64,000 bases of DNA from Octopus sinensis (taxonomy: Eukaryota): contig NC_043002.1 in NCBI RefSeq assembly GCF_006345805.1, forward strand, positions 106,206,001 to 106,270,000. The letters are read 5' to 3'. Below are positions 36,397-48,414 of this stretch, in pieces (position 1 is the first letter of the stretch; every line of letters begins with the position of its first letter). The notes beneath the pieces are model-generated. The model saw only the letters and a list, made by a program, of their open reading frames with translations. It was not told where the DNA came from and made no database searches. Made by a program: the position numbers and the translations under genes.

Positions 36397-39300
36397 ATGG
36401 CGTCTCTTAATCTTGGTTGTTTGAATGTGCGTGGTCTGAGTTCGAAGTGGAAGCAGGCGTGTTTCCTCGACGATCTCAGATCACATGATATGCATGTGAT
36501 GGTTGCTACAGAGACCAAGCTGGACGGTCTACAAACCTTCTCGCCTCTCCTGAATGGCTACGAGAAAACCATGTCTCCCGGTCAGACCGGCGGACGAGGG
36601 GGCGTAGTGGTACTGATCCGTAAAAGCTTGGCTCTGCAGACAAGTACAGTCTATGTGGACCCTGAAGGTGGGCTGGTCGTCCTTGATGTGATATACAGCA
36701 GTAAGGCCTTCAGGTTGATCGGACTCTATGCACCTTGTGCTAGAGGCTTCCAAACTGATTTTTGATCGGCTCCTAGAGAACATTCTCGTGACGTCGAAGA
36801 CATTAGTGGCGAGCTGGCAGAATCGTTAGCACGCCGGGCGAAATGCTTAGCGGTATTTCGTCTGTCGCTACGTTGTGAGTTCAAATTCGCCGAGGTCGAC
36901 TTTGCCTTTCATCCTTTCGGGTTCGATAAATTAAGTACCAGTTACGCACTGGGGTCGATGTAATCGACTTAATACCTATGTCTGTCCTTGTTTGTCCCCT
37001 CTGTGTTTAGCCCCTTGTGGGTAATAAAGAAATAGGTATTAGGGGACTTTAATGCTATCGTTGACGTACACATCGATAGTGTTGGCTCGATCCATAGGAA
37101 AGTGAACTCTCGTCTCGTGGACCTGCTTAAGCGGTTTCAGCTGGCAGATCGTTACAGACTTGACCATCCGAACGTCCCAGAGTGGACCTGGATGAGTGGC
37201 GACGGAAGGTTCAAGTCTTATCTAGACAGGATAGTGATAAGAACTAGAGATAAGTCTAGTTTTAGTTGTCCACAGCTCGTCCAGGTGCCCTATACGGACC
37301 ATAGAATGGTCAAGTGTAGACTGGACATAGGTAGCACACTAAAGATAGGAAACGGCTACTGGAAGCTGAACAAGTCTATTTTGACTTGTGAGGCATACCG
37401 CAGTCGGATTAAGGAGTTAGTGCAGAGGGCGTTAACCGGAGCCGTGGTTAATAACCGGTGGTGGTTCGCCCTGAAAAGAGCCATTCGATTCGAGTCAATT
37501 AGGTTTAGTAAGCAACTAAGACTAGATAAGGCTAGATTAGAAGGGCAATTAGCTAAGAAGTTAGAGGAGGCGTTGAGGTTGGGCTCTGTATCTCACATTT
37601 TGGCGGCGAGAACGGCTTTAGACCGTCACCTCAAAACCAAACATGAGGGGTGTAGAGTTCGGGCTAAAGTACGAGCATTGGGCCGTGAGGGAATTACTGT
37701 TGCCGGATGGGCCCGTACGATAGAAACCCAGTGTGGCAACAATGCCACAATTAGGTCTCTTGTTGACGGAAACGGATGCACGGTGAAGGAGCGGGACGAG
37801 ATGTGTGAGGCACTTTACAAGCACTTCGCCGAGTTGTTCGGGAGGTGCGGGATGCTGGATCATGGCGAGGCCCTTAGGGACTTCCTGTCTGGTGGCCCGC
37901 GTCTCTCGGCACGAGAGGCTGAGTGCTGTGAGGGGCCAATCACAGCCGAATAAGTAATCGAGGAGTTGGGCGAGTGCCCCGGGGAGAAGTCGCCGGGTCT
38001 CGATGGTCTGCCCTATGAATTTTTTAAAAGTATGCCAGACTTGTTCGGGCACCTGCTGGCTAGCGTCTTCGCCAACTGGCAGCAGAATGGGAAAATTCCC
38101 AAGTCTGTGAGCCGGGGTGTGGTGACGTTGATCAGGAAGGACCCGACCAAGGGGGACGAGATAAGCAACTTCAGGCCCAGATTTTGGCCAAGGTGCTGGC
38201 GAAAAGGTTGGCGCGGGTCGTGGATAAACTTGTTGGAGAAGCGCAAACGTGCGCTATCCCGGGCAGGACGATACACGACAATCTCCACCTTATACGCTAC
38301 TCCTTACAGAGGGTCGGGAAGCTTTCTGGCGCAGGGGAGGCACTGGTACATTTAGACCAGTCTAAGGCATTTGATAGGGTCGACCATCGGTACTTGGCGG
38401 CGGTCCTCGGGGAGGCTGGCCTGGGCCCGACCTTTCGAGGTTGGATCGCTGCTTTCTATAGTGACATCGAGTCTGTGGTCAAGGTGAACGGCTTCCTTTC
38501 GAAGCCGTTCAGGATCGAGCGTTCAGTTCGTCAGGGGTGTCCCTTGTCCCCGCTTCTATATGCGTTGGCTCTTGAGCCCTTGCTGCGGAAGTTGGAGGCA
38601 ATAGGGGGCGCACCGCATGATCTATGGTGTGGAAGAGGAGCTACGGCGTACGCGGATGACATCTCCATCATCGTGGCAGATGAGGACCAGCTTCCAGTGG
38701 CGGAAGAGGCCATAAAAAGCTGCGAGGCGGTGGCAGGAGCAAAGGTGAACAAGGACAAGTCGGTCGGTTTGCAACTCGGCACCTGGAGGGGCAAGCCGAT
38801 GCCGTCCAATAACGTCGTGGGGCGTTGGACGGAAGGTCCTGTTAAGCTGCTCGGAGTCTGGTTCGGGCCAGACCTCCAGATAGAGAAAAATTGGAGTGAG
38901 GTGGCCGGCAGGGTGACCGCTCTAACCCAGACCTGGTCTGGACAGGCGTTATCCCTGCTAGGGAGGGCGGAGGTGGTGCAGATGTTCATAGCATCAGTAG
39001 TCACCTACCGCCTGACCGTGGTGCCTTGCCCCGATTTGTGACTGAACAAGTTGGAGAGAATCCTTTTCCACTTTTTGTGGAAAGGAGGGAAGCCACTTGT
39101 AAAGCGCTCTGTCTGCTGCCAGAAACCGCTAAAGGGTGGGCTAGGGATGCCTTGGCTGAAGATGCGAAAGGTCGCGTTAAGGTTGAGGCACCTCTGGCTT
39201 TACTTGGATGGAGAACAGGTGTGGTCACCGCACGTTCGGTTCTACCTTCCGTGGAGTGTTCGGAGTTATCGGGACTGAGTGCTTTCGCCGAACAACTGTT

Positions 39301-39607
39301 GTCAGTGAATGGAAGAGTACAGCTATCAGTGGAGTCTATCATTGAGATTGTGCCACCTCCTTTCCTCAGCAGGGAAAGGAAGGCTTGTTTTTCCTGCGTA
39401 GTAGCCATACTGAAAGAAACAGTATGGAAGACGCGTACGAAAGATATAGTGACAGGTACTTTTGTATCCGGCCAGGGATTGGTTAACTTTTTCAGTTACC
39501 ACCTCGGTAGTAAGATCAGGCTGGAGAAGAGGTGTCTCTCACGAGATATGTTTGCGAAAAGATGGAAGTTTGTAGCGTGCAAGTTGGGTATATCTGGCAC
39601 CAGGTAA
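36397..39607 (+). pseudogene. Tx1 ORF2 (AP endonuclease + reverse transcriptase), disrupted
   Basis: LNVRGL, LGDFN, SYLDRI, YTDH, KSPGLDGLP, DQSKAFDRV, RQGCPLSP, AYADD. Stops at ~37951 and ~39039, frameshifts, and a SINE insertion. Confidence 0.9.
36808..37034 (+). mobile_element. SINE family 2 inserted in the Tx1 endonuclease domain
   Basis: ggcgagctggcagaatcgttagcacg...aataaagaaata. Removing it restores approximately TSKTLVLGDFNA. Confidence 0.9.
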
Positions 39608-39817
39608 GTGTGGCCGGATCAAGAAGTAAAGGTTCTACCCAGATGGCTGGGATCCGTGCCCTACTGTATAATACCAAATTTTAAAAACTTTATATTGTAA
39701 ATATTATATATATTTTATTGTAATCACCAACGTTTTAAGCTACTACACCCTATATGTTTGTCTGTATTTGTATGTCCCCTCTATGTAACGCCTTAATGGC
39801 GAATCTTTCATGAAATA

Positions 39818-40213
39818 AAGTAGCTTGCTAACCAGCCACATGGTTCCGGGTTCAGTCCCACTGCGTGGAATCTTGGGCAAGTGTCTTCTGCTATAGCCTC
39901 GGGCCGACCAATGCCTTGTGAGTGGATTTGGTAGACGGAAACTGAAAAGAAGCCTGTCGTATATATGTATATATATATATATGTATATATATATGTGTGT
40001 GTGTCTGTGTTTGTCCCCCTAGCATTGCTTGACAACCGATGCTGGTGTGTTTACGTCCCTGTCACTTAGCGGTTCGGCAAAAGAGACCGATAGAATAAGT
40101 ACTGGGCTTACAAAGAATAAGTCCCGGGGTCGATTTGCTCGACTAAAGTCGGTGCTCCAGCATGGCCGCAGTCAAATGACTGAAACAAGTAAAAGAGTAA
40201 AAGAGTAAAGAGT
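39818..40213 (+). mobile_element. 3' part of the split SINE family 1 copy
   Basis: B-box, core, microsatellite and AAGAGT tail. Confidence 0.9.
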
Positions 40214-40227
40214 ATAGAAATATAATA

Positions 40228-40605
40228 AAAAACAAAAGAGTACCCAGAGAACGCAAATTTCCGCCAACGCAACACCAACGTCTTCCCAACGATTAACCGG
40301 AGATGATTTTTAAAATGAGAATATCTGTATTAAACTTGACTGCTCGCACAAATGAGAACACTAAAAATGAAGCCGGCCGCTCTCAAAAATTAAGTAAAAA
40401 ATGCCGAAAAAATAATCTAAAATCCATGTCTGGTACCGGATCGATCTCCAAATCTAATCAGGTCGTGCTAGTCACGAAGTCAAACATCCCTGAAAATTTC
40501 ATCCGAATCCATCCAGCGGTTCTTGAGATATCGTGTCCACGGACAAACAAACAAACAAACACGACTGAAAAACAATACCTCCGCCTTCGCTAAGGCCGAA
40601 GTAAT
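40228..40605 (+). mobile_element. Helentron-associated HINE-like element
   Basis: aacaaaagagtacccagagaacgca 5' end, (CAAA)n, and 3' hairpin acctccgccttcgctaaggccgaagt. Confidence 0.55.
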
Positions 40606-40802
40606 AATAATGAAAACAAAAAAAAAATTGGAGTATTGGTAGTGATACCAAAAATTAAATAGAAAAGTTTTGGGAAAAAATATTGGCATTTTGGGCAAGT
40701 GTCTTCCTCTGATATAGCCCTGGGCCGATCAAAGCCCTGGGAGTGGATCTGGTAGGCGAAAGCTGAAAGAAGCCTGTCGTACATACATACATTTATACAT
40801 AT

Positions 40803-40835
<33 letters not shown>

Positions 40836-40844
40836 TAATAATTC

Positions 40845-42533
40845 TACTGTCCTTAGTAAATATATATGGGAACTAAAATCTAAAAAATATTAAGTACAAT
40901 TTAAATTAGGAGATAGTTTATAAGGCAAACTCATATCGAATAGGTAGTAATTTTTGTTTATTATGTACTAACGAATTTAAGGAAATATTATTAACTAATA
41001 ACAAAAATTTGGCTAATTCACTTGAACGAAAAATTAAATGTAGACATAAATTAAATTACTTATTTAATAAGTTTAGCTAATTTGTGTATATGTATAAACC
41101 CTGTTTTATGTTACTAATTGTTGTAGTTATAATTTGTAGTAGTAAAATGTGTATGAATTAACACGAGATTATATAGTCTGTATTACATAATTAGATTAAG
41201 TTGAAAATTAGATGTTTAGAAAATAAATTAATTAATTAGTGAAAATGGCTGTGTGGTAAGTAGCTTGTTTACCAACCACATGGTTCCGGGTTCAGTCCCA
41301 CAGCGTGGCCCCTTGGGTAAGTGTCTTCTACTATAGCCTCGGGCCGACCAAAGCCTTGTGAGTGGATTTGGTAGACGGAAACTGAAAGAAGCCCGTCGTA
41401 TATATGTATATATATATATATATGCATGTGTGTGTGTGTGTGTCTGTGTATGTCCCCCTAGCATCGCTTGACAACCGATGCTGGTGTGTGTATGTCCCCG
41501 TTACTTAGCGGTTCGGCAAAAGAGACCGATAGAATAAGTACTGGGCTTACAAAAGAATAAGTTCCGGGGTCGAGTTGCTCGATCAAAGGCGGTGCTCCAG
41601 CATGGCCGCAGTCAAATGACTGAAACAAGTAAAAGAGTAAAAGAGTAAAGAGTATAGATTAAATTATAGAATTTTAGCTAAATTTATGTTTATTATATTA
41701 TGTATTTTACGTATTTAGTATTTAAATTATTCAGACTTTACAATTTTTCCAGTTAATGGTATATTAAAGTTAATTTTTTCTCCTAATTCTTACAGCTAAA
41801 ATATATTTGTAATTTTAATTTTAATAGCTTAAATACATATTCCTATCTATTTCTTCTATAAATTCAATTTACGCCATATTTTCACGCGATATATATCTTA
41901 TAAACGCTAATTTCTACGTTTTACGTTTAAATTTTTAGCTAACGAATATCCTTCGATAAGATAAGTTATGTTTTTATTTTAAGAAATATTGTTAAATGTT
42001 TTTCGATTATTTATAGTTAATACACGTATTTTTAAATATATATTTATTTAATAATTAGTATAAGTTAAAATAAGTACATTTATTCTATTATTATTTTTTA
42101 TTTTCTATTATTTATTATCTTAGACCTGATGAGTAGCTACATTTTTAAATAGAATTAATTTTAGCTCAATTTAATTTTAAACAAAGATACACACACACAC
42201 ACACACACACACACATTAAGCAATTCAGTAAAGAAACATGTTATTCACAACATATAGAAAACATATACTATAAAAAAAAACTTATTCCAAAATCAATAAA
42301 AAAAGTACAATAAATAGTAAATAGTAGTAAATAGACTACGCACGTTTCGTGGCTATATTTTCAAATAGATAATAATTGATTTTATTATTATTATTATTAT
42401 TATTATCTATTTGAAAATATAGCCACGAAGCGTGCGTAGTTTTTTTACTACTATTTTACTATTTTAGAATAAGTTTCTTTCTATAGTATATGTTTTCTAT
42501 ATGTTGTGAATAACATGTTTCTTTATTGAATTG

Positions 42534-42540
<7 letters not shown>
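40845..42540 (+). mobile_element. Second copy of the PLE 3' end (end of GIY-YIG, 3' UTR, rearranged pLTR), interrupted by a SINE
   Basis: Reverse-complement homologue of 29900-30690. agacCTGATGAgtagctac at 42122. Confidence 0.75.
41247..41653 (+). mobile_element. SINE family 1 in the PLE 3' UTR
   Basis: The empty site gaaaat|agattaaa is visible in the paralogue at ~30350 (-). Confidence 0.9.
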
Positions 42541-42588
<48 letters not shown>

Positions 42589-43134
42589 TGTGTGTGTATG
42601 TGTGTCTTTGTTTTGTCCCCCACTTCACCTGACAACCGGTGTTGGTTTGTTCACGTGCCCTTAACTTAGCGGTCCGGTAAAAAGAGATCGTTAGAATAAG
42701 TACAAGGCTAAGAAAAGAACTAATGGGCTCGAGTTGTTCGACTGAACCCTTAAAGGCTGTGACCCATATGGTCGCAGTCTAATGAGTGAAAAATAGTAAA
42801 AGAATAAAAAAGATGAAAATGTTGATGTAAAGAAAACGAGGTGAAAGTGAGAATGAAAAGATTTTGAAAGAGTTCTTAAGGATTCTTAAAGATTAAGAAT
42901 TGTGAAAAAGATAATGAAAAACAAGAAGAAGAAAAACACGGTATATCAGGAAAAGAGAGAGTTAAAGGCTAAAACTAAATCTGATAGGATGTCTGGGTAA
43001 AATGCAAGTCGAGTAAATAAAGATAAGAGCAAAATAAGCGAAGAAGAGTTGAAGGAACGAAGCGATACACATCACTGGTCTCTATGGCTGGATGCTCTTC
43101 CTAATGTACAGAGTATGCAGTTGTACAGTTTATC

Positions 43135-43369
43135 TATTTCTTTATTGCCCACAGGGGGCTAAACATAGAGGGGACAAACAAGGACAGACAAAGGGATTAA
43201 GTCAATTACATCGACCCCAGTGCGTAACTGGTACTTATTTAATCGACCCCGAAAGGATGAAAGGCAAAGTCGACCTCGGCGGAATTTGAACTCAGAACGT
43301 AGCGGCAGACGAAATACGGCTACACATTTCGCCCGGCGTGCTAACGTTTCTGCCAGCTCGCCGCCTGTA
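43135..43369 (-). mobile_element. SINE family 2 with 17-bp TSD
   Basis: CAGTTGTACAGTTTATC at 43118-43134 and 43370-43386. Confidence 0.9.
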
Positions 43370-43759
43370 CAGTTGTACAGTTTATCGTGGCGTCAACAAT
43401 AGACAAGGCGATGTGTCCTTGGTGAGATTAAAAGGTTTTCTTAACCATATGTTGGCTCCATTCATTTATCATTCACTTTACAGAGTAGACTGGGTGCCTT
43501 TTATCATGCCACCGTCACTAATAAAGTCACCCTCACAAGGCTAATGTATTCTTGGTACTCTTCCGTGTCTTTGTTTTGTTGGAGGTCATGTGACCAGGAG
43601 TGCGGAAAGTAAAAGAACGATCAGAATAAGTGGATGAATGAAGTGAGAGTATGATAGTAGAGACAGAGCGGCTGAAGGCTGGGATAAGAAGCTGGTGGAG
43701 GACGGAGTAATAGAAAAGAGACACTTATGGGAGTAAGAAATGTACGACAGTAATGGTAG

Positions 43760-44380
43760 CTAAATTTTTCGGGGTCGATTAAATAAGTGCCAATTACGCA
43801 CTGCGGTCGATATAGTCGACTTAATCCGTTTGTCTGTCCTTGTTTGTCCTCTCTGTGTTTAGCCCCTTGTGGGTAGTAAAAAAATAGGTATTTCATCTGC
43901 CGCTACGTTCTGAGTTCAAACACCGCCGAGGTCGACTTTGCCTTTCATCCTTTCGGAGTCGATAAATTAAATACCAGTTACGCACTGGGGTCGACATATT
44001 CGACTCAATCCGTTTGTCTGTCCTTGTTTGTCCTCTCTGTGTTTAGCCCCTTGTGGATAGTAAAAAAATAGGTATTTCATCTGCCGCTACGTTCTGAGTT
44101 CAAACACCGCCGAGGTCGACTTTGCCTTTCATCCTTTCGCAGTCGATAAATTAAATACCAGTTACGCACTGGGGTCGATATAATCGACTCAATCCGTTTG
44201 TCTGTCCTTGTTTGTCCTCTCTGTGTTTAGCCCCTTGTGGGTAGTAAAGAAATAGGTATTTCATCTGCCGCTACGTTCTGAGTTCAAACACCGCCGAGGT
44301 CGACTTTGCTTTTCATCTTTTCGGAGTCGATAAATTAAGTACCAGTTACGCATTGGGGTCGATATAATCGACTCAATCCC
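43760..44380 (+). repeat. Head-to-tail array of SINE family 2 3' parts, period 184 bp
   Basis: The unit start tttcatctgccgctacg recurs at 43891, 44075 and 44259. Confidence 0.9.
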
Positions 44381-44738
44381 CTCCCCTAAACTGCCCTTGA
44401 GGCAAAAATTTGAAATAATTATTTAGAGCTTACTATTTCTTTTGTTGATAACAAGTACCAGTAATATACTGATAGTCGTATCAGGTTTTGAAATGCTGTT
44501 CTTTAAATTTCAGCTTCTGCTGCCTTTATAGTTCGTTCGTTTCACAAACCTTTTATATCTGAGCCATTCCCTGACGAATCATGGAAGGAGAGGGGAAAAG
44601 AGAGAGGATGGAGGGTGAGAGGAGCATGACTTAACCCTCTCGCCGATAAAGGTTTGTATCTGGAAACGGGTGGTAAGAGGAGAAAGGATGAACTCAAGGA
44701 TTCATGAAAGGGATTGAATGGGATTAACGTCATAATAA

Positions 44739-44756
<18 letters not shown>

Positions 44757-44795
<39 letters not shown>

Positions 44796-44989
44796 GAAAG
44801 ACAGGCAGACAGACAGAGAGTTAGAAAGAAAGAGAGAGTGGGAGAAAGAAAGAGAGGGAAAGAGAGACAGAGACAGAGAGAGGAGGTGAAACAGAGCGAG
44901 GGAGAAAAAGAAATAGAGACAGTCAGAGAGGAGAGAGAGAAATAGAGAAAAAGAAATAGAGAGAGAGATAGAAAGACAGAGAAAGGAAG

Positions 44990-45022
<33 letters not shown>

Positions 45023-45280
45023 AATAGAGAGAGAGATAGAAAGACAGAGAAAGGAAGAGAGACAGAAAGAGAGAGAGAGAGAAAAATAGAGAGAGAGATA
45101 GAAAGACAGAGAAAGGAAGAGATAGAAAGAGAGAGAGAGAGAAAGAGAGAGTGAAGGAGGGATAGAGGGAGGGAGAAAGAGAGAGAAGGAAAGACAGAAA
45201 GAAAGAGAGAGAAGAAGGAAAGAGATAGAGAGATGGAGGGAAAGAATGAGAAAAAGAGAGAAGGAGAAGGAGAGAGATTA
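44757..45280. repeat. (GA)-rich tract with ~55-bp higher-order units
   Basis: Directly visible. Confidence 0.85.
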
Positions 45281-45582
45281 CTCCGACTTTAAACAGCTGT
45301 TTGTGGAGGATTAGAAAGAATTGTTCATTTCGTTTCCCGAATTGTTTCCCCGCTTTTTTAAAAAAAAAAAATTACGGCTAAGTTTTATTGTTGTTGCTGT
45401 TGTTGTTGTATGATCTGTTGTAAAAGTGAAAGAATAAAGAAAGAAAAAACGAGAAACAAAACAAAACCCTCAACAATTTGACAACACAATTTCTGAAGAA
45501 TTTACCAAGTTAAGTTGAGTGAAATGTGAGCCAGACTTTTAAAAGACTTTCAGGCGACTTTAATAGCTTTGAACACACCACA

Positions 45583-45593
45583 ATGGCGTCAGA
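45583..45593 (+). CDS. Candidate first coding exon (Met-Ala-Ser-Glu/Asp) of an unidentified gene
   Basis: ccacaATGG Kozak-like context, then ATGGCGTCAGA|GTAAGT consensus donor, preceded by ~300 nt of non-repeat UTR-like sequence. No downstream exon found in the window. Confidence 0.4.
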
Positions 45594-47019
45594 GTAAGTT
45601 ATAAGTTATCCGATAAAGCCTCCCTGGGTCTGCGAGTAACAAAAAACGGTTTGGGTTTCAGTTAGGACTTGTGATGGCTCCGTTGTGCTAAGAGTTTCTG
45701 CCATTTATGTAAAGTTGGAAAGAAAATTTTCTACGAAATTTGAAAATATCATTGAAAAATGTTTCCGTTCTTCTGACTGAAGAAGGAGAAAATATGTGTA
45801 AAACATAGTTTTAAATTCCCTTTTCATTTTCTTTAAATTAGGAACGAAATTTATTGACCTAAATCTATATCAAATTTTAAATAATTTATCTTTTTAAAAT
45901 TCCAATGACAACCAAGTTTCTTTCTTAATTTAAAGAAAATGTAAGAAAAAAAAAGAGCATTTAAATAGAGTCTTCTTGCCTGTTTTGTATCTTTTTTTCT
46001 AGAACTTTCAAAGAAACATCCAAATTGTGTTGATTAGAAATGTTTGATTGAAAGATTTCATCACCTTCGCTTGAAATGTTTTCTCATATTCTTATTGAAA
46101 AGAAATTCTAGCATCTATATTTAGTGTGTATTGCAGCTTCTCTTGCAAAAAAATAACTGCAGTCTCCCGCAAAAACATTTTTAAAAGATCATCTCAGAAA
46201 AAGATGGGGTGATCAAGTCTGAAAGATTTTTGGTCTAAGATCTATTCGTCCACAGCTGACCGAAGGCTAAACAACAGTTAAGGAAACTTGGAAGAACACA
46301 AAGGATTCCGCCCAGAATGAGAACAGTGATCAAGATTTCGGAAATGCAACTTTGCTAATAATATTTTATAATACTTGTATCAATTTAAAGAGTATTCACT
46401 GGAATAACAGTGTGGGATTTGTGAATACCAATCTGGAATTGGACAGAATTCAGCATGCGATGTGACAGATCTTTTGTACAATCAAAGGCAAAGCTTACAT
46501 AAACATATTTGGAAATGTATGCGCATACATGGTGGATGTCTAGTCGTTAAACGAACATGACCATCGCGGACAAGTGATCGCTGACAGGAGCTGTGTCCGT
46601 GCAAGAGCTTCAAGTCGAGTGCAGCTTGTACAACATCACAACGACTCTCACTTGAAATAGCAAGGAGCCCAGAGACAAGTAAAGCGCAAGATATCCAGCT
46701 CAGTAGCGCAACCAGGTTTTAAAAAAAAGGTTAACCTTGTCTTAGAAGGATGCCTTAACAAAGACCAGGGCTCACTCACTCCTAGTGGCATTATTGCGTC
46801 CTCGGACACCAGCCAGAGTATTTTTGCGTCTCGGTGCATGCATACATACATGCATACACAATACATACATACAATCATACATACATACATACATACATAC
46901 ACACATACATGCATAAAAATCTGTAAAACTGAAAAGAAGTTTAACATTTAAATATGTTTGAGCATGTCTAGATATGCAACTATACGCACGAGAATACATA
47001 CGTAAAGCATACAAATCGG

Positions 47020-47132
47020 CACATACATACATACATACATACATACATACATACATGCATACATACATACATACATACATACATACATACATACATACAT
47101 ACATACATACATACATACATACATACATACAT
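47020..47132. repeat. (CATA)n microsatellite
   Basis: Directly visible. Confidence 0.95.
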
Positions 47133-47642
47133 AAAAACAAACAAAAATATCCCGTTCTTGATGTTGAAATTCCAATGAAGGAGCCTTGGATCTAGGTTAG
47201 AAACCGTCTCTTTATTGGCAAGAAATCTTGAAATAAACTGAATAATGACATACATACATACAAACATACATGTATGAATACACACACACACACACATATA
47301 CTCTTATTTTCAAGGTTGGATAGTTTTTGAGGTAGGAAGTAATCATAAGTATTTTCTTAGTTGCAGAGTCGAATGTGTGCAATCGGATGAATAGCCATTA
47401 GCGAAACGGGAAAATGAAATAACGTACGTATATCTAAGCTGCTAGAAACTATACTCGTGGAGCTGCATCAGGGCTTGTGTCTAGTTAGGAGAAAGAAAAA
47501 GAAAAAGAGAGAGAGAGTGAGTGAGACATCTTAGCCTTGGATGCTGGTGAAAAGGAAAACCGGATTGAGCAGCGGTATCACAGATTTTAGATCCCTTCCG
47601 TTGATTTTACACCATCTAGCCTTACAACTCAACGGTCAAAGG

Positions 47643-47870
47643 GGTGAGCTGGCAGAAGCGTTAGCACGTCGGGCGAAATGCTTAGCGGTATTTCGTTTGT
47701 CGCTACGTTCTGAGTTCAAATTCCGCCGAGGTCGACTTTGCCTTTCATCCTTTCGGGGTCGATTAAATAAGTACCAGTTACGCACTGGGGTCGTTATAAT
47801 CGACTTAATCCGTTTGTCTGTCCTTGTTTGTCCTCTTTGTGTTTAGCCCCTTGTGGGTAGTAAAGAAATA
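47643..47870 (+). mobile_element. SINE family 2 with 9-11 bp TSD
   Basis: GGTCAAAGG(GG) at 47634 and 47871. Confidence 0.9.
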
Positions 47871-48414
47871 GGTCAAAGGGGAAATAATTCTAATTCTATT
47901 CTTTTACCTTTCTTTTTTTCCATTTTTTTTTCACAATTCCACTTTTTGAACCCACCTTCATTTCGTTTTTTCCCGGTGATTTCTCTTGCCCTATTGCTTT
48001 GATTTGTATCTTGTATAGGCCATGTGGCCAGTGCCAAGATTATTCGGAGACACTAGGCATGTTTTATAACCTGCCTAGATAATATCTTCAGTGTATGAAA
48101 CTATTATAGCTCATAACTATATACTGCGTACATTAGACAGTATTTATCTCTCACCAGATGGGGTACTTATTTTGTTGATCAGTTGATCATATCTAAACGG
48201 GATAGTAAACAAATATATATATAGAGAGAGAGGGAGGGAGAGAGATGTGCATTTATGTATGTATTCTGTATGGAGAGGGATAAAGCAGTCATAGAACTGG
48301 TTGTCACTGCTTAGTTACGGGGACGTAAAGATTTAGACATTTTTAACATTCAGCTTTCAGTGACGTCATCGGATGCCTAGAGAATGGTGGTGGTGATGGT
48401 AGGGCGAGGCAGTA

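Larger units (their letters stand above)
34346..39817 (+). mobile_element. Near full-length Tx1-group (L1 clade) non-LTR retrotransposon, inactivated
   Basis: ORF1 with CCHC knuckle, ORF2 APE plus RT, and a 16-bp TSD AAGTAGCTTGCTAACC at 34330-34345 and 39818-39833. Confidence 0.9.

Noticed and set aside
34308-39880. tRNA gene suggested by A- and B-boxes in SINE heads
   Set aside because: No complete cloverleaf, and the heads run into SINE core and tail. These are SINEs, not tRNA genes.
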